DNA of 64,000 nucleotides from NCBI GenBank assembly GCA_002633005.1, contig NMRA01000185.1, positions 679,993 to 743,992 of the forward strand. The letters are read 5' to 3'. Source of the stretch: Phoronis australis. Taxonomy: Eukaryota; Animalia; Phoronida. Shown here piece by piece: positions 49,352 to 63,818 of this stretch. A program made the translations under genes and the position numbers. Position 1 is the stretch's first letter. The number at the start of each line of letters is the position of its first letter. Under the pieces are notes generated by a model. The model saw only the letters and a list, made by a program, of their open reading frames with translations, did not search any database and was not told the DNA's origin.

Positions 49352-50780
49352 CCGTATTCGCCGTAATAACCGCCCATGCCCCTATAAGCGCCCCCCCACG
49401 CGTTTTCAGACTTTGCTGGAATAAGCGCCCAGTCCATGAACGTGTACATGCGAACAGTGACGTACCTTCAGTTCTAAAACTTGGCTACAGTAACGTCTTC
49501 AATTTATCAAAAACGTTTTGCACGGGTCTTCTAGACCACCAGCGGCACTGCTACGTTTGTATTTAGCCGTGACAATACACTTCAAAGTAACACAGCGCTT
49601 CAAAAAGAACGCAACAGCGTTGCTACTTTCGCGACGACCGTGTCCCACTATAGTCTGACCTCACAGTACACATCGACTGTCTCATGAATAAAAATAACTC
49701 GGTGTTGAACGCACGTGGCCAGAAAGCGCGCGCTACATACATGAACCTAGCTGTCATCAAAGACATTAGTCGGGAACTATCCATTCATGAAACGGGTAGC
49801 ATAGCATCGGTAAGAAATGAATATTGGCCCTAATTTCCGACAATTTCTAATACTATAAAACATGTTTGCGTTATTTTTTAGATGGATTGTTTGATTAACC
49901 ATAATTGGTGTTTTTAAGCCGAATATCCGATAAAATGACAACTTACAGCGAATGCTTACACACCCTTACACCGAAAAATAACTGTCAGAACAGTTACGTA
50001 CGCATCCAGCTACACGGCGACTAATATCCGGGCCTTACCGAAACAAATGTCGAACGTTTTTAGCACGAGACCGACAAGTGCTGAATGAAACACGCTCTGG
50101 TTTAGGCCTACTGCTTGTGCAAATTTCTTTAGACACAATGCACATCTAGCTCGTTAGATTGCGTGGCTCTGGCCAAAAGACGGTCTCTGCTTTGTCAAAT
50201 GAACTCTGGTTACACGCACGCGCTCGCTTACTCGCAGACGAACTTCAAAACAAACGTCACGTGACAACAACATGTGTGTTCGTCCAGACATTTTTCTCGC
50301 CGTGTTGCCGATCATACATGTAGATGGCACGATGTTGCGGCGCAGATTTGTACTTAAAACTGCCGTAAATCTAGACTCCACGGGTAAAAAAGTCATAGGG
50401 ACGCTACTTAGAAAACTTAATGAGGATTTCAGGTAATTTGCTTGAGTCGAAACTATTTTTATTCAAGCATTGAAGTCGCCATATCGAAGACGGCGATTTT
50501 GAGGCAGTCAGTCGGCGAGTTTTCGCCCTGGGATTCCCCTGAGCACGATTTTCTGTAAAATGATCGTAATTTAGCAGCTAAGTCTGATAGCAATGCACCA
50601 CAGTTTTGTTGGAAGTCATTCATAGATTACAGATACGTCAAAGAACGTAAATTTGATGAATCTTAGCTTCCGATTTCACCCGTTTTGGAGACCGGGTTTC
50701 AACCGCCTTGGGTTATAATAAGCGCCCCCCTTAAACCGAACTTTTCTAAGCGCCCTGGGCGGTTATTACGGCGAATACGG
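49352..50780. mobile_element. Non-autonomous Tc1/mariner-pogo-type element
   Basis: Perfect TIR CCGTATTCGCCGTAATAACCGCCC; TA TSD; subterminal TAAGCGCCC repeats. Confidence 0.92.
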
Positions 50781-52801
50781 TAATTGATCCACCATCCCAT
50801 CCCTTCCATAACCAAATCGTACAGTAGCTTTGTCCTGAATTCAGCAACCTTGGCTTGTAACTGGTTTATGTGTCCTAAGCTGTGATTAGATGGCCGTCTG
50901 AACCAGCAGGAGTTTTCTCAGTTACTCTAGTAAAACGAGTGCAACTTGGCATAAGTGTGACAACTTACCCCACCTGTAGTGCAATTTTTACCTGATCAAC
51001 TTGTCCCACATCAAGTGCCCCATATCAAGTGCCCCACTTGAATCGGCTGTAAAGACACTAAACTTTGGCAAGGCAGAAGTCACAGGCAACATGAGCTATG
51101 CTCTTACGTAATTAAATTTATCCGGTCACTGTTTTTTGTGCCATGTGCAAACTTCACACCAGATTCCTTTCTCTTGCATTTTGATACCTATTTCACAATA
51201 TGGGTGACCGTAGAATTATATAACCTAAAACTTGACAGAAATGTGCAAGCCGTTATTTCCTTGAATTCTCGCCATTTTGCAGTTGTGTGTCCGCTAATAC
51301 TAAACCTACGGTGAAATCTCTTGAATTTCAGACAAACATATCTGTGCCTTGCTTTACGATTGTTGAAAAGTCTCTTGTAGTGGGGCTGGATTCAGTGACC
51401 TGTTTATGGCTATTGATTTTCTGTTTCACAAAAATGTATTTCTGAATGAGCATAGATCATGATACAATTGGTTAACTTGTATTTGTGTGGGTTTCTATGT
51501 GGAATTCATGCAGTTCCGTTTAACTAATAACTTAATCCACGCTAAAAGCGGAAAAGGACAGTGCTACCTTTAGAAAGAATACGCAACTAGTTCAGCATTC
51601 CTGCTGCAATGCAATCTTCGATCGAGTTGTTGCTACAAGGCAGCAAAATTGATGCATGAGGTATTTATTGTTCAATAATTGAAATCTAAAATATTGGAAT
51701 TTAGTTATCTGCTACTGAACTGTGAATCCCTTTAGTAGCCTATAATTGAGTGAACTCGGTGTCCATTACCACAGAAAATTATTGACTCCTACATATTTTT
51801 ACTGTTACGAAGAGGAGCCTATAAGAGGGTGTTTTTCTCCATGGCAGGAAATCGTTATTTCTTTCTTGCCCATTGTTTTTCTATCTCCTGCTTTGGAGAT
51901 CAATGGATTTTGTTTGTTAGGATTTGGCTGCGTTCTTGTCTGGGAGACTGTCATGAGCGGAGTTGAGGCTGTTTCTGCGACAACATTTCCATTGGCAGGC
52001 TGAAATTCTGGTTCTAAGTTGGAGAATTTGAACTTGTCAAGTCAGCCTACTTATCCCTGTATGTTACAAATCTACCGTTGCTAACTAGGATATTACTTCA
52101 CTTATGAGTGATCAGCTGTGTGTTGCTTTTTAATACTGGTTATCTCAGGTAATGTTTGTTTTGGGTTGAACATACTTGAACCACATTGACCCCAGTCAAA
52201 CTTGACCGTACATACATAATATTATAACTCAGGTGGCACAGGGGTTAAGCAGGGTGCGTCTATCTTTCCTGTGTGGAATGAACAATGCCTTGTCATGGCA
52301 ATAACCAGTAGATTTTTGTACATACTAGTAGGTGGGTACCTTAACCTGTGACTTTACTACCACAATTTCATGAGCTGTAAGTGTGTTACCCTGTCAAAGG
52401 TTCCACACTGACTATGTATATCTTTGTTGGCTACATGGCAGATTAAGGCATGTTGTTGTGCACCAACAAATCCATAAGAATGACTGATCTAACAAGCTTA
52501 GTCCAGATTTGTTGATCTACCTCACCCATTTCTTGTCCTTTGAAAGCTGATTAACGGTTACTTTGGCAACAAAAATCAAGCTTGGAAATGGTTGTCTAAC
52601 ATGACACACTATGGAGCACATTTAAGTTTAGTTCAGTAGTATTTGCCTTAGCAGAAGTACGTAACAAGTCACTCCTGTACTTGATCACCTGGCCTCACCG
52701 GAAAAGCAGTCATCCAAACTGGAGACCAGTCTAGATGTGTCCGTTGTACTGAAGCTTAACTTCTGTAATTGTTCTTGTACTTTCAGACATAAACAACAAA
52801 A

Positions 52802-52854
52802 ATGTCATCGAGGAAAAAGGTGTTGTTAAAGGTGATCATATTAGGGGACAGTGG
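52802..52854 (+). CDS. RAB7: Rab7 coding exon 1 (53 nt)
   Basis: MSSRKKVLLKVIILGDSG; acceptor TTTCAG ending 52786; donor GG|GTAAGT; absent from the ORF track. Confidence 0.95.
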
Positions 52855-53231
52855 GTAAGTAGAGTTTAGGAGTTCTTGAAGGGATGCTGGAGGGTAAATT
52901 GCTGCGTTTGTTGGATTTCTAACTTGAAAACATACCGAAAAACTCACAAGAAAAAAGAATAAGTAAGGTGGAGTTGGTAAGTGTGCTGACTAGAGGTCCT
53001 AGAACTGACTGTGAGCAGCTAAACTTAAAGCAGTTTTGTTGTGTTAGGCAAGTAAGCATGCCTCGCCTTGTGATATTGGACACTGCACTTATTAATAAAC
53101 TAATTGGACATCTAGTCAGTGCAAGGAATTGCGAGACTCAATGGCACACAGTCACAGTTGTGGGTGTTTATTCCAACTGAAGTCGAGACTCTTACCTTGT
53201 AGTCTAGTTCCCAGCCCAATAGCTCCCATAG

Positions 53232-53520
53232 TGAACCCTGCAATGTTGATTACTGTAAAGGTTTTTGTTGAAATGTATTGAATATGATCAGGAGAACAAA
53301 ATTAGCTTGGTTGCACTTAGTGCAACTTGAGCATTTTTTTGCAATTCAAGATGGCGGATTCCGCTATTTTGAATTTAGACCCTCTTTGTTTTTTTCAACT
53401 TGATGACTGACAGGGTCATGTAATACATTGGTTATACCATTTTCTGTGATGGGAGTCCCATTTCTGGTGTTATTTTATTGATACGTGGTCATTTTGAAGG
53501 TCAAACCAGAGGTCAAAACT
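53232..53520 (+). repeat. Interspersed repeat with an inverted copy at ~57300-57606
   Basis: CCCTGCAAT.TTG.TTACTGT...CTTGGTTGCACTT.GTGCAACTT...ATTCAAGATGGCGG occurs in opposite orientations. Confidence 0.75.
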
Positions 53521-53620
53521 GCCTAGCAGCCTTGTGACATTTAGTTTTTTTATCTCATTATTTTTCCCTTTTCTTCGTTAACATCTTCAAGATATATTTT
53601 CAAAATGCTCACTATTACTG

Positions 53621-53680
53621 TTACATACATGTACTATATTGGGCCAAACATTACATACATGTACTATATTGGGTCAAACA
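53621..53680. repeat. 30-bp tandem duplication
   Basis: TTACATACATGTACTATATTGGG(C/T)CAAACA twice. Confidence 0.9.
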
Positions 53681-53817
53681 TTTTGCTCACAAGTTTCATG
53701 AGGGTTGTATTGGCACAATAGAGAAAGCATATGGCATGGAAATGCTCATATGCTCAGCACTTCAACGCTGGTGCGTCTAGTATGGCTACGCATTTGTTTC
53801 ATTTTATAACACTACTA

Positions 53818-54465
53818 CATGCGCGCACCCGGGGCCGGTCTCTAATCTTTGTACTCGAAACGAACTCGAAACTATTTTTGGCAATTTCTCTGCTCCTTTT
53901 GTGCGAACTTAAGATAATTGGTTATCAGACTGTGCTCGAATACATTATAGTTTATGCATAGGAGTTTCTAGTTCAAGTTTGCCCTTGAAGAACCTTATAT
54001 TCATGCTACAAACTCAAGTAAAAACTCGAAATTTCGAGTTCAAACTCAAACTTATTGCTTTAGTATTGGGTTTACAAACTGTGAACTAAGGGCAATAAAT
54101 TATCTACGTAAGTTATTGTGTACTCGAGCATAGAATAATAGACACTTATCTTGAGTTCGCCCAAAAGTAGAGTAGAAAATGACAAACCTAATTTCGAGTT
54201 CCATTTCGAGTAAAAAGATTGGAGACCGGGCCCCGGTCTCAAATATGGGGAGCTCGAATTTCTGGCAATGTGGACCTTTTACAAACAAAAAACGTGGGAC
54301 TAAAAAAACGGGATATCTTGTTCATGGCTATGAAGTGTCCATTCGCGCCTTTTTAGTGGACTTATGTGTCGTTTTCTCGGACTTTTTGTTGTTTTGAGGC
54401 GGGCCTTTTTGCAAACTTCGTCAAATGGGGGCTCATTCGAGTCCACCCCCTTGGTTGCGCGCATG
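53818..54465. mobile_element. CATGCGCGCA MITE containing a Harbinger-like MITE (53832-54232)
   Basis: Outer TIR CATGCGCGCA with flanks TACTA/TAATA; inner TIR GG(G/C)CCGGTCTC(T/C)AATCTTT.TACTCGAAA with probable 3-bp TSD CCG. Confidence 0.75.
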
Positions 54466-57400
54466 TAATATGATAAATTTTCTCTCGTTCAAGCGAACTT
54501 CAAAGAAGATAGGATACAAGAGTTGTTAACTTCAAACACAGTAAAAATGGCAGAAATAAGCCTTTGGACTTAATTGTCTAAATTTATTTTTTGTGTGGGT
54601 ATTTTGTTAGTAAGTAACAAATTAATAAACCATTCGTGAAATTTTGAGAAAATTTAGGAGTATCGAGTAAAAAAGTCGTAAAACCGGTGTTTTTTTTGAG
54701 TAGTGGACCTTCGGAGTAACTTTTTTTTCGAAATGGTGGCATGTGCCATCGGTTACACTCCAGTATAGTCTACGGAAAGGCTAGAACCGATGCTCTGTAG
54801 GTATACAATCTCATCAGCAGCCATGTTGTTACTCAATGTCTACTCAAACAGGGCCAAGTCTATGAGGAGCTGATGGTTTACCTAAACATGGTCCTTCAAC
54901 AACCCTGTCTCAAGGAGATGTTGACATATTTCTTCGTAGCAGGTCACCATAATTGCGTATGGTGCCTGCGCTGGTGTAGCAGTTTTCAAAATAAACCAAA
55001 CAACATGGAAATTCTTTTCGACTAGAATACAATAGTGCCTCCATGTACGTTGGCTTAATTTTCACAATTTGCACGTAACTCCATTTATAAATAAACAATA
55101 AACGGCTAGGCGCAATAACATCAACCTTAACTACGACAACGTGCGATAAGTGTTCGATTAAATTGCCGAACATTTCCGGCAAGAAGTTTATACCAAGTTT
55201 AGCAGCTGGACAGAGTTCTTTCCAAGTTTATGTTGAAGTTTGCTGTGTGTGGAGAACCTGTCCAATAATGTACAGCTGTCAACACTAGGATGACAAGACT
55301 GTAGTACCAGCTGACCAATTCGAAGAACAGGCATACTGTATGTCAAACAAGTAAAAGGTTCATCTGGGATTATAAGGGGCATTTGAATGAGAGCCGAGCA
55401 TTTAAGTGGCCATTTGGTTAAAGAGTTTCATTGGGTGTGCCCACCTTGATACTGCCATGGAGAACATAAGTCATGTGGAATGAAGGTGGTGAAGAGCAAA
55501 CATCACATAGTGGAGTGACCGGAAAAAGACTAAGAACAAGAAGGGAGTAGTGGACATGGACCAGGATGAATAGAGAAAGATTGCGGAGGAGATAGAGAAG
55601 CGTAGACACCCGCTCACTGACCAGCAGTCATATCTCCTTAACATCTGTAATTGTCGAGTTCATTCCAGAACGAGCTGGTCATTGGGCATGAGCAGAGCAG
55701 TCAGATTTTTAGTTTTGGTGAGCAGTGAATGTTGCAAAGCAAAAAGAAAAAGTCAAAATGCTGGAGTTGCTGAAGAAGCCTGTGCTGTCGAGGGAAGGCC
55801 TTGGTGTTGAGACGCTGGTCAGTTGCTTGTTAGTCGTAACACAGAAATGTAACATTAACATAGCTGATATCTTTCAGTATAAACTTATTGAGTTCACTCC
55901 CTACAGCCCAGATCAGCAACTAAAGTAGTCTGAAGAAGGACGACAATGCCATTTTGGTCAAATATCTTTGCGTTTTGTCCCAAACCCTTCTGCTCCGGAG
56001 GTGGTGTTGGTTGCTGTTGTTCAGCTTTTGTAGCAGGTCGTTCGGAGTATTTTCGGAACTACAGGAGATTTAGGTAAAGCCTCTGCACTCTACTAGCCCC
56101 CTATCCTCCCGCTTGTGAAACAATTATTTGTTTTGAAAAATATGACAACAAAGATCCCTACACAAAAGACTGTGAGAAATAACATGAGGAAAAGTTGAGG
56201 AAGTCATGCTAACCCCTGTTCCCAAACATCCCTTTTGCCACTAAACTATTCTAAATAACGCTATGTTAAACATCTTGTGTGTATGAAGCTATTTCCTTCT
56301 ATTCAACATCGAGCAGGTCAAGAAGAGCCAATGTGTAATTACACATGCTGAAGCAGGCATTGTATAGGTAAATGTTGAAAGTGGTGGAAGAAGGCACCCG
56401 CACCATCAGAATCAGTTGTGACAACACTGACGTCTCCAAGCTCTTGATTTGTGATGCATCTTGTCTGCCAGTAGACACCAAGACTCAAATGGGGAAGTGG
56501 AATGGTAGTATTTCAGACATAATGGAACATTTCAGAGATTTGACCTGAACAGGTGCCACCAACGAGAGGTCACAAGACGTGAGGGTACTGGACAGAGAAA
56601 AGTTCTTGGTTTGAACGAGCTGTCGGAGACACCAATAACCCCTCTCTGTTTAGACATGGAGGTGTCAAGTTGAACTTATCGCAGGCACTGACTCGTGGTC
56701 CATTGCCTTGAAGCTGTTCTCTATGAACACCGACGCGTGGGGGGTGAAATTTTCTTGAGAACCAGTGAGTCATCAGTAGCTAGTAGAAGAAGTTAGGCGG
56801 CTCCACAAAGTCTGGAAATTTACTTTAATTTATAGTAAATTCCTGAAGTCATAGTTTATGAGTGTATTAATAATAGTGCCCATCCTAGTCTACATATATG
56901 TAACCTTCACAAATTACGCATAGTCTATACACATACACTGTACCCCTATTCACTATGAGGAGGCAGTGTAGCTTAGTGTCCTTCCTCTACTCAAGGTTGT
57001 GTTTTCAAGTCATACAGGGCACACTGCTGGTCGCTTGATTCAAGTCCCTAGATCCTCAGCTCTGTTTCAACTAATAAAGCATAAAGATGCTCCAAGGTGA
57101 TCAGTGCGATGGGTCTTCCTGAGCAGCATGCATAGGTCTGGTACAACAATATTTTAAACTAGTTTTGGAGATGTTGGGAGGATATCTTATACCAGTATGT
57201 AGCTATCCCTTATTCTTGATATAATGGCATTACAGAAATGATAATGCGCATTTCCCATAAATTCAACATTTTGTCGAATAAAAGAGATGAATTTTCCTTG
57301 TTTCGGTTCAGTGTGACCTTTGACCTCTCATTTGACCTTCACTTTGACCATGCATCCATAAAATTATATCAAAAATGGACTCTCCGTCCCAAAAAACATT

Positions 57401-58004
57401 GGAAACCATAAATTGCAGGATCCTACACGGTATCATGTTCAGAGTGTGGAAATTAGGCTAAATTCAAGATGGAGGAAGCCGCCATCTTGAATTATAAAAA
57501 AGGCTCAAAGTTGCACAAAGTGCAACCAAGTTAATTTTATTCTCTTAACCACATATAATAAATTTCCAAAAGAAAACTTAACAGTAAACAATATTGCAGG
57601 GTCAACTTTTTGGCAATTAGACGTTGGTTGATGCTTTTGTCTCTTAGGGACCATTCCTAGTCATTATTTCCATAAATGTACAAAATGTCAAAAAAGTGTT
57701 TAAGTGAAAAGACAAAACTCAATACTTTATGGCTGTTTCATATCGCTAAATATGATGAAACAATCACAGACTTTTTTATATTGCCACAACTAGACTGCAA
57801 CATCATGGCTCATTTATATTGCCTGACTGTCACGTGGCGTATATCTTGCCGGTAGGTGGTTGAAATAACACAATTTGATTTGGATGTAATAATAATGAGT
57901 ATATTGACTAACTGTTTGAATTTCCCTAAATGAAAAATCATAAAGATTAATAAACAAGCCTAATTCAATCTAATGTGTTTGTATCATACTTTAATGATAA
58001 ATAA

Positions 58005-58301
<297 letters not shown>

Positions 58302-60206
58302 TGAGTTAATGATGAATAAGAAATCTTGCCGCTCACCGTGTACAGAAAACATAGACTTTCGCTCAAAGCTGCTGTAAAGGGAGAGACTTTCAAAAGTTGG
58401 CATGAACATGTGCTTGAATGCGGGTTGAGTTTGGCGGGCGAGTCGATATTCAAGTTGAAAATTCAAGTGCACCCACTGTATTGCAGCGCCATTAGGCCCA
58501 TGGGGATCTGTGCGGAACTGTTCTTGTATGCTTGGGTAAAAAAAGGCTGCAAAAAAGACATGGGTATAGAGGCGCAGCAATACTGTAATACAAAACTATT
58601 TCTTGAAAATACCCCGGACAACTCCAAAGTTGCCGAGGTTAATGTGAAACAGCTGCCATTAGGATGCACAGCGGTAGTCAAAACAGGTGCGCCCATTTGC
58701 GTATTAATGTATGGGCCTATGCAGGGGACATTACCTGGGCTTACGTGTGAAACTTAGGCACGTGCTCCAATGTGAGAACCACTTACTTGCCTGGGTAAGA
58801 AAAGGTCGCGAAAAACGCATTTGGGATATAGGCCCATGACCTGAAGACGCGGCAATACAGTAACAAAAGAAAGTTGCTGCGCAGTACAGCACTTTGAACT
58901 CAGAAAAGTGAACTAAAGCTGTGAATGCTAACATTAGTCATGTTCTTAACAACTGTTGGAAAAAGAAACAGTTCTGGCCTTGAGATTTGTCCGCATTTAG
59001 GATTCAGAAATACATAAAGTAGGTCTTCAATAAAAACATATTTTTGACAAAACACAAAAGCATGGAAATACAAAATAATGTTATCTAACAAACGCAAAAG
59101 TCATGTGACCAAAATGCTGCAGAGAATTCCATTCTGGGGCTAGTGCAATGAAACAGTAATTTCCAAGTCACAAATTCAACTCTCATCTATTCGGAGGTAG
59201 AAAATGCTTTGTATGATTGAGCTAGTTTTCAAAAGGTAACGCCCATCAAGTAAATGCCCTTTGGAGGGAAAGGTGATTTATTGCGGCGCCTCACCCGGTT
59301 TTCAATTTTTCTATATCTCCGGCATTGTGCAAATGTATAACTTTGTTTACCTCGGAATGATGAATGGTGAAAGAATACGAACCTAAATAGTAATTCGTAC
59401 GGCTGCGATGTACACAAATGGCCCAGTGTCCTGTTGATGCACTGGATTGTGGGTAAATAACACAGAACCATTGAGGGCAATGTGGTAGTCCAGGAAATGG
59501 CCATTGTATATAATTTTTATTGCAGACAGTGATCTTCCTAATTTAAAATTGTGTCTTGACTTTTACCATAGTGTATAGGGTTTGTAGTAAAGTTCATTGT
59601 ACCATTTGGAATCTAAGTAGAAGTGGACAAGTAATAACAAATGGGATAATACACCATGTTAGGGAATGTATGAAAATTCAGTCCTCTTTACTTTCGCTAC
59701 CCTTTGTTTTTGCATCTAGTTTAAAGTGCCTTTGGTCAAAGTAACTTTTGACTTGGACCACTTACCAGTATAAATCTGACATTGACTTGTTCCTTACTTG
59801 AATTAGAGGCAATTCCCAAGCTTGGGAAGAGCAGACAGTTTCGTATGGCATGAAATTAGACTCGATAAGGTGGCTTGACACAGTGTGAAATGTTATGCCA
59901 CCGGTGTGGTCTCCAGCACCTCTGAACAGTCAACTCTTGTATTGACTGTAAATTATTTCTAATTTGAGGATAGACCAATTTGAGACCAGTTCAATGTAGG
60001 ACAAAATAAGAATGATGAGATAGTTTATTTAGCGAGAAGTAACACCTTTGAGCTCCTACCACAAATATAACTATAGGAAACCAGAGGTATTCCCAACTTG
60101 TGTCACGACTACATTGTTTGGGAGGATTTCCCCGAGACAAAAGCCATCTTGCATAAACAATGCTCGCTATACATTTAAGTATTTGATGTGTGTTGTCTGT
60201 TGCCAG

Positions 60207-60425
60207 ATTTGGGACACAGCTGGCCAGGAGAGGTTTCAAAGTCTGGGCGTAGCTTTCTACCGGGGCGCAGACTGTTGTGTGTTGGTGTTCGACGTGACCA
60301 TGCCCAATACATTCAAGACACTAGACAGCTGGCGCGATGAGTTCCTTATACAGGCCAGTCCCCGAGACCCAGAGAACTTTCCTTTTGTCGTCATAGGCAA
60401 CAAGGTCGACTTGGAAAACAGGGCT
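60207..60425 (+). CDS. RAB7: Rab7 coding exon 3 (219 nt); gene continues beyond the window
   Basis: [31 protein letters not shown]...[10 protein letters not shown]; CAG| and |GTAGGT. Confidence 0.97.
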
Positions 60426-62471
60426 GTAGGTTCACTGTGTGTGCTGTCCTTTGCTGCTGTTTTTGGATGTCACTTTGACATAACTATGCGTTTATTGTAG
60501 TAATTGTCTTAACTTGTGAGAAAGTGTTTAAATGGCTTTATGAGATTGCACTTTGTCCAGTTTGGCTCAACAAAAAAACGGAAATTTGGTCTTTTACTCT
60601 CATGAATTTGATCTCATAATATTCATTGACCTACACTTAAATCACAGTCAACTCATCCATGCAACTGTTTTAGGGTTGGCTAACTCCAATAGACTTTGAA
60701 GTGTTTTCGCGATCACTGATGGTTTTGGTGTACTTGTTGGTATTAAAGGGAAATAGGATGTTAATGCATATTACAAGACCAATTTTATGAGAGTAAAAAG
60801 CCCAACCCAGTTTTTGTTTTTCATGCAGTTAAACAGTGTGAAGTGCAGCGTTAACTAATTTAAATTGACTTAGACCAGGAAGAGATAACCAGGAAGGGAC
60901 AACTGTTTTAGCGCATTTTAACGGATATTCAAAACTGATTTCAAAAGTAAATGTTAAAGCCGTCTGGAATCCAAGCATTGTGTTTGAAATCTTAACTCTT
61001 TAGCTATAAAATGACACCACTTTGGTCCCCAAAGACTGCATATTAATGGCACTAGGATGTTTTGAACATGACTTGTTTTACCCTTAAAAAGATGCCTCTT
61101 CCCAGGCATGTACTCGGGCATGATCCTCTTTTTTGAACCAACAGATGTCACTTATATATGCAAATGAGGCTCGCATCTCCTACGTCATATGACGTCATAC
61201 GATGTCATACGACGCGAACTTCCAATTTGAACCCTCCGGTGCCTATAGCGAATGACTTGCAACGCAGTTCTATCTGATTGGGCAGATCTAAGAAAATTAA
61301 GAACTCACACAAGTCAATGTTCAAAGAACATTGAATGGTTTCACATGAAAATACATTTAATTGTATTTGGATACGCTTGCATATGTGTAAGCGTGGACTT
61401 TGTCATTTTGCTTAAATCCGGATTTAGAAGCAGGTGTTAGTCAAGAAATTAGCTGCTCCCGCCACGGGTGGCAGGTGTCGTGGCTTCCGAGTCGCCGGGA
61501 AGTCCGATCCATGCATGCGCAATTCGACGAACTAATGCTAGTCGCTGGTCAGCTCCGCTATGATTCATTTGAGACTTGCGGCTTAACTCGAACCTGTATC
61601 CGTGTTCTGGCTACAAGGTCGTTTTGTTTGACCCAGTTTCGGGAAAAGTTTATTTTAATACGGTCATTTCCTGAAGATTTTATTGAAAGATATGATCCCG
61701 AAATCCTTGGCCTATAGAGCTGTATCAAAATTCATTGTTGAAACACAGCCACTGGTCCAGCTTCTGCCGCCGGGCGGCTGGGGAAAATGCTATGGAACGC
61801 GTGTCCCAAAAATGCACACACTTCAACTCATGCAGTTCAAGTTCTTTTCCCGTCAATCACTGTGCGCGGATTCTACGCGGGCAGCCAACACCTTATTTTT
61901 AACGTGGGTGCGTCACTGAGTCACGACGTGTCCAGCCTCTGCAGTATGCACGGGAATGTCAAGCAAACGATTCGGTTTAGAAGAACCTAAATTCATTGCA
62001 CAATACTACTGGGAACTACAAGCATCAAGGAAATGCAAAGACAATCTTCAAATTTACGAGCAATGACTTGAATTTCTTTTTCGATCCGATCTACGGTTTG
62101 TAAATTTTTGAATTTGTTTAGTCTAGTTTTTTTAAAATTCAATACATTCATGAATATCACTGTTATCGTTTAGAGTCCTTCTTTGCGATATGGTGGTCTG
62201 ATGATGGTTCGAATTTTTGCAAGTCCGTCCTTCAGACTTCAACTAAGTTCAGTGACGCATCGCCATTTCTTACAAGACAGCTCCTGTGCTGTGCACGAAT
62301 GTTTTGTGTTTTTGATGAATTTAAAATCTCAACTTCCCCTCGTGAGTAGTTAGCAGTGTCACCTCGGAGGTGTATAGAGGGCGCAGCACTGAAAAAAGTG
62401 GGGGCTAAAGCCCCCTCAGCCCCCCTGCAGTGCACCGCCTATGGACCTCTGAAAAACTTGAACTGAATAAA

Positions 62472-63090
62472 AGGAGAATGCCACCCGATTTAATTAGTCT
62501 TTTTTTTCTTATTAATTGGTCTATATCCACATTGCCTCGCACACGGTCGACCTCATCTTGCCAAGAGGTGTCTCGTTAACCTGTGAGGAAGGTGAGAAAC
62601 GACGCTAGCGACGTAAGTGGTTCATCTGCACTAAATGAGAGTGAAAGCCGCTATGTTGCGGTGCATCCTTCCCGCTTGTGCGAGCTATGCAGCTGCGAGG
62701 AAAGCGGGAATATCGTTTTTTCGACTTCCTCGAGAGTCCGAAATGTTTAGGAAGTGGATCGCAGTAGTGAAGAATGAAAAGTACGCTGTAAATAGCAAGT
62801 GTGAGGCCGTGGAACATCTCCTTGTCTGTGGCCTGCAGTGGTTGACAGCCGCGTGAGTGCCTGACGAATCCCAGCTTACCAAATAACTATCCCTACGTCC
62901 CGTTGTCTGAGCTTGTTCACGGCGCCTCTTTTGTATTTCTTCATCACTGTATTCCTGTTCGAACTGATAGCCTGTGAAACCTAACGATCCACCTGCGAAA
63001 TCTTCGTCGGGACTGATGAGCTCTCGTCTAAGTCGCGGGGGATTGCGAGTTGCCATGTTGACGTTTATTACTGAGCGTTCTGTTTCAAAA
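62472..63090 (+). mobile_element. Non-autonomous Kolobok-like element, copy 3 (longest), in a Rab7 intron
   Basis: Same terminus; THAP frame from 62653 MLRCILPAC...ISFFRLP...RKW...VCGL; convergent minus-strand frame from 63056 MAT...GYQFEQEYSDEEIQKRR. Confidence 0.72.
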
Positions 63091-63176
63091 TGAATTATTC
63101 TCACCCTAACCAATACTTTGTATAACTGAAACAAAGTCTGTCTCATTAGATGCAATTTGTAATGCCTTTGGAGTGC

Positions 63177-63493
63177 AAACATGATTTGAGAAGCCAGCAA
63201 TGCGTTACCGGCTTTAAGTGCAATAACTTGAAATAATTGACGGGACACCGAGGTCGTGTGAGCTCATGCTAATTTAGTGTTAGATGGCAGAAACTGTTGT
63301 GAAACAACTCGATTTCCATCCCACGGCCAGACAAACATGATTTGAGAAGCCAGCAATGAATAAATCCCTGCGTTACCGGCTTTAAGTGCAATAACTTAAA
63401 CTAATTGACGGGACACCGAGGCCGTGTGAGCTCATGCTCGTGTTAGATGGCAGAAACTGTTGTGAAACAACTCGATTTCCATCCCACGGCCAG
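63177..63493. repeat. ~155-bp tandem duplication
   Basis: AAACATGATTTGAGAAGCCAGCAATG...CGATTTCCATCCCACGGCCAG twice, with small indels. Confidence 0.9.
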
Positions 63494-63571
63494 GTGTTAG
63501 GGGAATCTTTATTTATATTTATATTTACATTATTCAAATAATGATTGTCAATGTACAGCTTCTGCTCTGAC

Positions 63572-63818
63572 CATGCGCGCACCCAGGGGGGCTCAGGGGC
63601 TCGAACGAGCTAGGGCAAAGTGGCGAAGTGGACAAAAGGGTCCGCCTCTGGGAAACAAAAAGTCCGAGAAAATGAGACTAAAGTCCTCTAAATAAGCACA
63701 ATCGCGCAGTTCTCAGTGGTGCCCCGTTTTTTTTTAGCTCACCCACTTTTTTGTTACCAAAAGGTCCACAACGTCAGAAATTCGAGCCCCCCCATATTGA
63801 AGGCTGGGTGTGCGCATG
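63572..63818. mobile_element. CATGCGC MITE with perfect 5-bp TSD
   Basis: CATGCGCGCACCCAG / CTGGGTGTGCGCATG flanked by CTGAC on both sides. Confidence 0.85.

Noticed and set aside
54780-56800. Possible old CR1/L2 or other retroelement remnant
   Set aside because: Only a weak LALLDL-like peptide; no diagnostic motif could be read
60743-62230. Possible TTAA-flanked element with octamer and TGACGTCA cluster at ~61158-61215
   Set aside because: No convincing right TIR or TSD was found
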